Positions 57,731 to 64,000 of a stretch of DNA of 64,000 nucleotides are shown piece by piece (the stretch's first letter is position 1; the number at the start of each line of letters is the position of its first letter). The position numbers and the translations under genes were made by a program. The stretch is from a bacterium ADurb.Bin157 (GTDB lineage: Bacteria; Muiribacteriota; Ozemobacteria; Ozemobacterales; Ozemobacteraceae). The notes beneath the pieces were generated by a model. That model was not told where the DNA came from. It was given only the letters and a program-made list of their open reading frames with translations, and did no database searches. Location of the stretch: positions 12,985 through 76,984 of the forward strand of contig MWDD01000007.1 in assembly GCA_002070375.1 (NCBI GenBank), in the 5' to 3' direction.

Positions 57731-59185
57731 TTACTCTCGTTCGGTGGTCGGATCTTCAGAAGATTTTTTTTCTTTAACAGCAACAACCGCGTTGTTTTTT
57801 TGTTCTGCTTTGTTTTCTTCTTCGTTTATTTCTATTTTTCCCACTACTTTAAAGTTGGCACAGAATTCTTTGTCGTCGTCTTTTCCAAGTTCGGCAGATA
57901 TGTCGTCGCCTTTTTCGAAAGAGCCTTTGAGTATTTGTTCCGCAAGAGGGTTTTCGATATATCTTTGAATGGTTCTGCGCAACGGTCGAGCACCATACTT
58001 AAGGTCAGTTCCTTTGTCTACCAAGAAAGTTTTAAGTTCATCGGTAAAAGTAATTCTCATGTTGAGCGCTGAAACTCTTTCGGCAACTTCTTCAACAAGA
58101 ATATTCAGAATTTGGAGGTTATCGTTTTTGTCTAATGCTCTGAAAACAATTACATCGTCAATTCTGTTTAGAAATTCGGGCGGGAACTTCTTTTCGAGGC
58201 TTTTTCTGGTGATTTTAACTTTTTTCTCATGAGAAAGGTCGTCGAGCTTTTCGGTTGTTTTGGTCGAAGAATCTTCGATTCTGAAACCGGGTTTGGTTTC
58301 TTCGGTTGTTATATCCGCAACACCGATATTTGTTGTAAGAATGATTACGCATTCTCTGAAGCTTACTGTTTCGCCCTTGCTGTCGGTTAGAATTCCTTCG
58401 TCAAGAAGCTGAAGAAGTAGGTTATGCACTTTTTCGTGCGCTTTTTCTATTTCGTCGAAAACAACAACTCCGTTTGGTTTGTTCTTAACAGATTCGGTAA
58501 GATAACCACCTTCGTTGTGCCCGATGTAGCCGGGAGGGGCTCCGATCAGTTTGGCGTATTCGTGGCTCATGGCAAATTCAGAGCAGTCGATTCTGACTAA
58601 GTCAATTTCGCTTCCGGTCATAAATTCACAAAGAGCTTTTGCCAACTCTGTTTTGCCTACACCTGTTTGACCTACGAAAATAAAGCTTCCGACCGGTCTG
58701 CGCGGATTTTTCAGCCCGACTCTGGCTTTTCTGATTGCTTGAGCTACAGCGGTAACAGGTTCATCTTGCCCAATTATTCTTTTGCGCAAGTGATTCTCTA
58801 TTTCCATGTATTTTTGCTGAGCTGCTTTGGCTTCGTCAGATTCAGAGGTAGGAACAGCGTTTCCGGTTGCGGTTGCTTCGTCTACTTGAATTGTAACTTC
58901 TTTTATATCAAGAGACGGGTTAACCTTCACGCATAGGTTGTAAAGCTCCTGTTCGATGATTTCGCCAAGGAGCGGGTATTCGTTGTTCCCGAAAACTAAA
59001 GGTGCAATTTCTTCAGAATAATTAACTACGGCCGATTTGATGATAAGCTTTTTGTATGACTTTTTATCGGTGATTTTAATATTCTTGAAGAGTTGTTGCT
59101 TTTGTTCGGGAGTGTATGATCTTATTGCAACAAAACGATCAAGAGATTCACAAAATTTCATCTTGATTCCTAGTGTGGAATCCAT
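57731..59185 (-). CDS. Clp/Hsp100-family ATPase with only the second (D2) AAA+ module
   Basis: IIGQDEPVTAVAQAIRKARVGLKNPRRPVGSFIFVGQTGVGKTELAKAL...LIGAPPGYIGHNEGGYLTE...VVVFDEIEKAH...YGARPLRRTIQ match ClpA/B/C D2. There is no D1, N-domain or ClpP-loop tripeptide; the unique N-terminus is about 115 aa and the C-terminal tail is K/E-rich. AGGAGGG Shine-Dalgarno. Confidence 0.8.
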   Translation of the reverse strand: MDSTLGIKMKFCESLDRFVAIRSYTPEQKQQLFKNIKITDKKSYKKLIIKSAVVNYSEEIAPLVFGNNEYPLLGEIIEQELYNLCVKVNPSLDIKEVTIQVDEATATGNAVPTSESDEAKAAQQKYMEIENHLRKRIIGQDEPVTAVAQAIRKARVGLKNPRRPVGSFIFVGQTGVGKTELAKALCEFMTGSEIDLVRIDCSEFAMSHEYAKLIGAPPGYIGHNEGGYLTESVKNKPNGVVVFDEIEKAHEKVHNLLLQLLDEGILTDSKGETVSFRECVIILTTNIGVADITTEETKPGFRIEDSSTKTTEKLDDLSHEKKVKITRKSLEKKFPPEFLNRIDDVIVFRALDKNDNLQILNILVEEVAERVSALNMRITFTDELKTFLVDKGTDLKYGARPLRRTIQRYIENPLAEQILKGSFEKGDDISAELGKDDDKEFCANFKVVGKIEINEEENKAEQKNNAVVAVKEKKSSEDPTTERE

Positions 59186-59285
59186 GGGAAACCCTCCTGT
59201 TAGGGTGCTTTTTTACCATTGACAGTGATTATGCCGTTGGTGTATAGATATTGTAACACTAATTATATCGGCAAGGCAACACTTA

Positions 59286-60698
59286 ATGATTATACAAACA
59301 AAAGCTTTTGAGGATTTATTTGACAGAGGGATAAATTATTTTCGGGCAGGCTTTTATTCATCGGCGTTGGCTGAGTTTAATCAATTAAAAAAACTTTGCC
59401 CTGATTATCCAAACATTGACCATACAATCGAAGCTACCAAAAAGAAAAACGAAGAAATTAATGGTCAGCTTTCTAATTTTATAGAAGAGAACTTTGATGA
59501 CGAAGTTGTGAGTCTCTCTGAAGAATTGTCAGTAGAGAACTCTTCAAATCTGGCTCCTGTAGTTAAATCTTTTTTAACCAAAGGAAAATATTCTCAGGCT
59601 CTTGAAAAGCTGAAACAAGCAGAGGCGATAGTTCCCGAATCAAGATCTTTGTTACTTTTGATGGGTAATACACAAAGACGTTTAGGGCACCTTAAAGAGG
59701 CTGAAAAAACTTTATTGCGAGCTTCACACCTTTTTCCGAATGATCCGGATATTTTGAATAATTTAGGAAATATTTATCTGTTGCTCGGTATGTACCACGA
59801 AGCGGAAGACGTTTTACGTGCAGCTATGCGCCTTTCACCCGATAATGCCCGTCTTTTTAATAATTTGGGCTCTCTTCGCATGCAGACGCATAATTTAGAT
59901 GATGCCGAGAGGCTTTTTAGAAAAGCTCTAAAACTTGAGCCCGGACGCTACATTCTCGCAAAGAATTTAAAAAACCTGCAAACAAGAATGGTTGCATTAG
60001 ACGAAGAAATAGAAAGACTTCGCGAAGAATACTCTTTGCACCCAACATATCTCGATATAGGATTAAGCTTGGCTAAAACTTTGTTTTTCAGAGGTTACCA
60101 TGCGGAGTCTAAAAATGTTTTGAGGGGTCTTTTGAAGAAAAATTCAGGTCTCTCTAATGCTTGGTTTTATCTGGCTATTATTTATGAGATTGTTGACGAT
60201 AAAGATAACGCCTGTGAGTGCTATGAAAATTTGGTAATACACAGCGGAAAAGACAACGCGCCTGAATTTTTGAATTATAAGCGATTATTTAATCAAGGTT
60301 TTATAGAAGAAGCATTGGTCGAAATTAAGAAAATTGCTGTATTAGAACTTGATATTGCCTCGAGCAGAATAAATTTAGGCATTAAATATTTTGAAGATTG
60401 CCTATGGGAAGAAGCCTTAAGACATTTTGAAGAAGCGACCGAAATAAATGATTCTTACCCGGATGCTTATTATTGGAAAGCACTTGCCCTGATTCAATTG
60501 AAGAAAACTGCATTAGCGAAAAAAAACTTAGTAAAAGCTTTGGAGTTAAATCCAAAATATGCCGATGCACATTTTCAGATGGGTCTTTTGATTCGTTCAA
60601 AATCGGCAAAAAAAGCAAAAGAACATTTCAGCGAGGCTTTATCGCTAAATCTGAGGCCTTCTTTCGCGAGAATTGCAGAACGCTTATTAAACGAGTAA
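59286..60698 (+). CDS. TPR-repeat protein
   Basis: Multiple 34-residue TPR units (ALKLEPGRY, AMRLSPDNARLFNNLG, ALELNPKYADAHFQMG). Confidence 0.75.
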   Translation: MIIQTKAFEDLFDRGINYFRAGFYSSALAEFNQLKKLCPDYPNIDHTIEATKKKNEEINGQLSNFIEENFDDEVVSLSEELSVENSSNLAPVVKSFLTKGKYSQALEKLKQAEAIVPESRSLLLLMGNTQRRLGHLKEAEKTLLRASHLFPNDPDILNNLGNIYLLLGMYHEAEDVLRAAMRLSPDNARLFNNLGSLRMQTHNLDDAERLFRKALKLEPGRYILAKNLKNLQTRMVALDEEIERLREEYSLHPTYLDIGLSLAKTLFFRGYHAESKNVLRGLLKKNSGLSNAWFYLAIIYEIVDDKDNACECYENLVIHSGKDNAPEFLNYKRLFNQGFIEEALVEIKKIAVLELDIASSRINLGIKYFEDCLWEEALRHFEEATEINDSYPDAYYWKALALIQLKKTALAKKNLVKALELNPKYADAHFQMGLLIRSKSAKKAKEHFSEALSLNLRPSFARIAERLLNE

Positions 60699-60706
60699 AA
60701 TAATAG

Positions 60707-63700
60707 ATGGATAAAAAAGTTTTTAAAAAATTTTTCCCGGCTTTTCCGATTGACAATGAATCTCTCGAAAAGTTGCATAAAATTTTGGTTGTGGGCGGGT
60801 GTGTTGATGCAAAAGTCTGGGAAGGCTTTGAAAACACTTGTACAAGCCCCCTTGCTTTTATTGAAAAAGTTGCGGAATTGAAAGAAGTCACTACAGAAGT
60901 GCTTGCATCAGCCGAAGCTGATATTCTTAATGTTCCCTTTATTAAAGTTGACCAAATTGAGATTTCTCAAGATGCTTTTAAGCTTATTGACAGTAAAATT
61001 ATTGTTGAGAAGCAAATTATTCCAATTAAAATAAATGGGCCTGAATTGGTTGTGGGTACAATTCAACCCGGTGATCCGGCAGTGTTTGACGGAATAAAGC
61101 TTACCATGGCAATAAAACCGGCAAAAGTTTTGGCTGATGCACTCGAAGAAAAAATAGCCCAAATGACCGGGGTTAAACAGGTTAAAAAAGGCCCTCAGCA
61201 ACGTAAACGCCTCGGAGACATACTTGTTGATTTAAAATATTGTAAGCCCGAACAACTTGACGAGGCTTTTAAAGGTGCTCGTGATCAAAAACTTCGTTTG
61301 GGTGCGTACCTTGTAAAACAAGGAATAATTACCAATAAACAGCTTTCGGTGGCCTTGTCGAAACAGTTCAATATTCCTTATATAGATCTGGATGAAAGTT
61401 TAGTAGACCCGGTTTTGGCAACCTTGTTGCCCCAAAAGCTATGTTATGAACATTTGCTTTGCCCGGTTAAACGCGAAAACAACAAGCTGGTTGTGGCGAT
61501 GCATGACCCTACAGATATTATTACGATAGACCACATCGAAATGATGACGGGGATGCGTATTTCGCCGGTAGTCAGCTCTGAACTTACAATTATGGCTTCA
61601 CTTGATAATCTTTACGGAGACAGCATAGATTCTTTGTCTGACTCTATAGGTGGTGAAGACAAGCAAGAAGATGTGCTTGACGGCATGGAAATGGGTGAAA
61701 ACGACGCGCCTATTATTAAGTTAGTCAATCTTATACTGACTCAAGCAGTCGTTTTGAATGTTTCGGATATTCACGTCGAAGTCTACGAAAGTGAGTTCAG
61801 AATAAGATTTAGACAAGACGGAACGATGAAGCTTTTTATGACACCCGCCAAAGCGGCTCATACTGCCTTGGTCAGCAGAATAAAGGTTATGGCGAACCTA
61901 GATATAGCTGAAACAAGAAGACCCCAAGACGGCAGAATAAAAATGAACATGCAAAACAGAAAAATTGACTTGCGTGTTTCTTGTATACCCTGTGTTTGGG
62001 GTGAAAAAATTGTTATGAGAATTTGCGACCAAGGTAACTTAAAGGTTGACTTAAAAGACCTTGGTTTTGAGCCTTTTGTGCTTGAAAAATTTATGGGCGG
62101 CGTTGAATCGGCAAACGGAATAGTTCTGGTTACCGGTCCTACCGGTTCCGGTAAAACAACGACTCTTTATTCATCATTGTTTTTGTTGAATAATCCGGCT
62201 GTAAATATTATGACAGCGGAAGACCCGGTCGAATACAATTTGATGGGTATAAATCAGGTACAGTGTCATGCAGATATCGGTTTAGATTTCTCGGCGGCAT
62301 TGAGATCATTTTTGAGACAAGACCCCGATGTTATAATGTTAGGTGAAATTCGTGATTTTGAAACAGCCAGTATAGCCATTAAAGCGGCTATGACGGGACA
62401 CCTTGTTATCTCGACTTTGCATACAAACGATGCGCCGGCAACGGTCGCCCGTTTGCTAAACATGGGTATAGAGCCGTTCAGTCTATCGACCTCATTGAGA
62501 GTTGTGCAGGCACAAAGACTTGTTAAAAAAATATGCAAAACTTGCGCAGAAGAATATAAACCCGACAAAGATCTTTTGCAGTCTCTCGATATAAATGAAA
62601 AAACCTTAAAAAGATTGCATCTTGATGATCAATTTTCAATGGATACATTGGTTTTTAAAAAGGGCGGCGGCTGTCCCGATTGTGACAATAGCGGCTTAAA
62701 AGGCAGACAGGGAATATACGAAGTCCTTGAAATGACACCCGGTTTCAGAGAATTGGTCGAAAGGCGTGCAACAACAGAAGAAATGAGACGACATGCCATA
62801 CAAGACGGTATGTTGAGCTTAAGAGAGTCTGCATTGTATAAACTAATTACAGGCAGAACAACTGTTTCAGAGGTCGTAGGAACAACTGTCGACTCAGGCG
62901 GACACGAGGAAGAAGAGGAAGAAAAGAAGCCAAAAATGGCTGAAGAGTCTTCAGATGCAGAAGTTGAAAGATTAAAACAAGAAGAAGCAAAGCAAAAAGC
63001 AATAGAAGAAGCGGCAAGGCAAAGAGAAGTTGTTACCATAGGCTCTTCTGTAGGCTTAAAAGACTTAACAGCGGAGCTTCACGAGTTTAACTGCTTGCTT
63101 AACAAAATGGCAAAAACCTCTTCTGCCGTTTCCGGAAGTGCTTCGAATGTTTTGAATTCCGAAATTTTGAAAGCTAACATAGTTGTGCCTCTTCAGACAA
63201 TAAAAGCATACGCATCAAAATCGGAGGACGCTTCAAAAATGCTTCCTGCAATTAAGGCGCAGGGGCAAAAGATGGAACACAATATTAAAAACCTTGTGAG
63301 CCACTTCTCTGAGTTTTCACCGAAATTTGCAAAAGCACAACTTAATCAATTAGTGGAAAAAGAAATTTTTGCCGCCCTTAAAGACCATGTTGTTACTGCA
63401 AGATTAGTTTCCGGTATAAAAGACATCGGTAAAAACCTTAAGCTTTCGAAAAACCTTTCTGTAGATCTGCCTCTTGTTAAAATAGACAACACAGCCTTTT
63501 CTACCATTGCTTCTAACGTTTTTATTAATGCGTTAATAGGTCTGGGCGAAAAAGGCGGCGAAGTCAAAGTCGTAACGAGAATTAAGCCAAAATCCGACAA
63601 AATAGTTGAATTGATAATATTTGACAGCGGTTCAGGTATTCCTGCAAATGTGCAAACGAAATTATTTGAACCTTTTAACGGTAAAAAGACTTTGGGACTC

Positions 63701-63811
63701 GGTCTTTCGGTTGTAAAAAAGCTTTTAAAAGAACTTGGGGGAGAGATTTCAATCAAAAGTGTTCCCGGTAAGAGTACAATGGTTACAATGGAGTTTCCGA
63801 TAATTAAATAA
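60707..63811 (+). CDS. GspE/PilB-type secretion ATPase fused to a C-terminal histidine-kinase-like (HATPase_c) module
   Basis: Two T2SSE_N/MshEN-like N-domains (LGDILVDLKYCKPEQLDEAFK...LGAYLVKQGIITNKQLSVALSKQFNIPYIDL); Walker A GPTGSGKTTT (about 62135), Asp/His boxes and tetracysteine CKTC...CPDC; an E/K-rich linker; then a candidate H-box AELHEFNCLLNKM (about 63071) and HATPase_c N/G1/F/G2 boxes VFINALIGLG, DSGSGIP, FEPF, GLGLSVVKK (about 63520-63760). Confidence 0.85.
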   Translation: MDKKVFKKFFPAFPIDNESLEKLHKILVVGGCVDAKVWEGFENTCTSPLAFIEKVAELKEVTTEVLASAEADILNVPFIKVDQIEISQDAFKLIDSKIIVEKQIIPIKINGPELVVGTIQPGDPAVFDGIKLTMAIKPAKVLADALEEKIAQMTGVKQVKKGPQQRKRLGDILVDLKYCKPEQLDEAFKGARDQKLRLGAYLVKQGIITNKQLSVALSKQFNIPYIDLDESLVDPVLATLLPQKLCYEHLLCPVKRENNKLVVAMHDPTDIITIDHIEMMTGMRISPVVSSELTIMASLDNLYGDSIDSLSDSIGGEDKQEDVLDGMEMGENDAPIIKLVNLILTQAVVLNVSDIHVEVYESEFRIRFRQDGTMKLFMTPAKAAHTALVSRIKVMANLDIAETRRPQDGRIKMNMQNRKIDLRVSCIPCVWGEKIVMRICDQGNLKVDLKDLGFEPFVLEKFMGGVESANGIVLVTGPTGSGKTTTLYSSLFLLNNPAVNIMTAEDPVEYNLMGINQVQCHADIGLDFSAALRSFLRQDPDVIMLGEIRDFETASIAIKAAMTGHLVISTLHTNDAPATVARLLNMGIEPFSLSTSLRVVQAQRLVKKICKTCAEEYKPDKDLLQSLDINEKTLKRLHLDDQFSMDTLVFKKGGGCPDCDNSGLKGRQGIYEVLEMTPGFRELVERRATTEEMRRHAIQDGMLSLRESALYKLITGRTTVSEVVGTTVDSGGHEEEEEEKKPKMAEESSDAEVERLKQEEAKQKAIEEAARQREVVTIGSSVGLKDLTAELHEFNCLLNKMAKTSSAVSGSASNVLNSEILKANIVVPLQTIKAYASKSEDASKMLPAIKAQGQKMEHNIKNLVSHFSEFSPKFAKAQLNQLVEKEIFAALKDHVVTARLVSGIKDIGKNLKLSKNLSVDLPLVKIDNTAFSTIASNVFINALIGLGEKGGEVKVVTRIKPKSDKIVELIIFDSGSGIPANVQTKLFEPFNGKKTLGLGLSVVKKLLKELGGEISIKSVPGKSTMVTMEFPIIK

Positions 63812-63821
63812 GTTTTATTAA

Positions 63822-63868
63822 AGTGCCGGAGGTTTATTAAAAAAGCCTTCGGCACTTTTTTTATATTT
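63822..63868 (+). terminator. terminator-like hairpin followed by a T-run
   Basis: aagtgccggagg...ccttcggcactttttt. Confidence 0.5.
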
Positions 63869-64000
63869 TTTTTGGTTTTTTTATTAAAAGTACTAAGGTC
63901 AACAATTCAGCTCGCCGATAGTGAATATAGGGGAAAATAGATATTCCTCTTGAGACGGAAATAAAACAAACAAACTCAAATCCAACCGTCTCGTTACAAG

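Noticed and set aside
1-64000. Mobile elements, CRISPR arrays, prophage or integrase genes
   Set aside because: There are no transposase, integrase or recombinase motifs, no direct-repeat arrays and no tRNA-adjacent integration signature (the tRNA-Leu is flanked by housekeeping and pilin genes). The window looks like core chromosome around oriC.

Overview
This is a low-GC (about 38-40%) bacterial chromosomal segment of roughly 64 kb that spans the replication origin. It is densely coded (about 90% coding, 59 protein-coding calls) and contains no transposases, IS elements or CRISPR arrays. Much of the gene content is core chromosome: hprK-lgt, a divergent accB-lpdA-hom-lysC operon, oriC (DnaA-box cluster plus an AT-rich unwinding element), dnaA, rpsF-ssb-rpsR-DUF2232-rplI-dnaB, typA, tsaE-tsaB-tsaD-mutL, and one tRNA-Leu(CAA). 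The rest is rich in signalling and surface-machinery genes. These include a CHASE2-GAF-GGDEF cyclase, a HAMP class-III adenylyl cyclase, an HD-GYP phosphodiesterase, a cNMP-binding protein, a LOG-family protein and pilT. There is an ECF sigma/anti-sigma pair immediately followed by three minor-pseudopilin genes. flgM-flgN sit behind a sigma-28-like promoter. Glycosyltransferase and deacetylase genes are also present. The element most worth a second look is an ORF-free, GC-enriched, purine-rich region of about 1.1 kb (about 42435-43543, + strand). It is bounded by a promoter-like element and an intrinsic terminator and carries repeated GNRA-capped hairpins; I interpret it as a large structured ncRNA of unknown class. 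Other unusual items follow. A 1034-aa GspE/PilB-type secretion ATPase is fused at its C-terminus to a histidine-kinase-type ATPase module. A Clp/Hsp100 homolog has only the second AAA module. A membrane-domain::WecG/TagA fusion is present. A YmdB-like protein has lost its metal ligands. A sigma-54-type -24/-12 element precedes a small Q/S-rich secreted protein. All calls come from reading the sequence and the ORF translations; no database searches were run.
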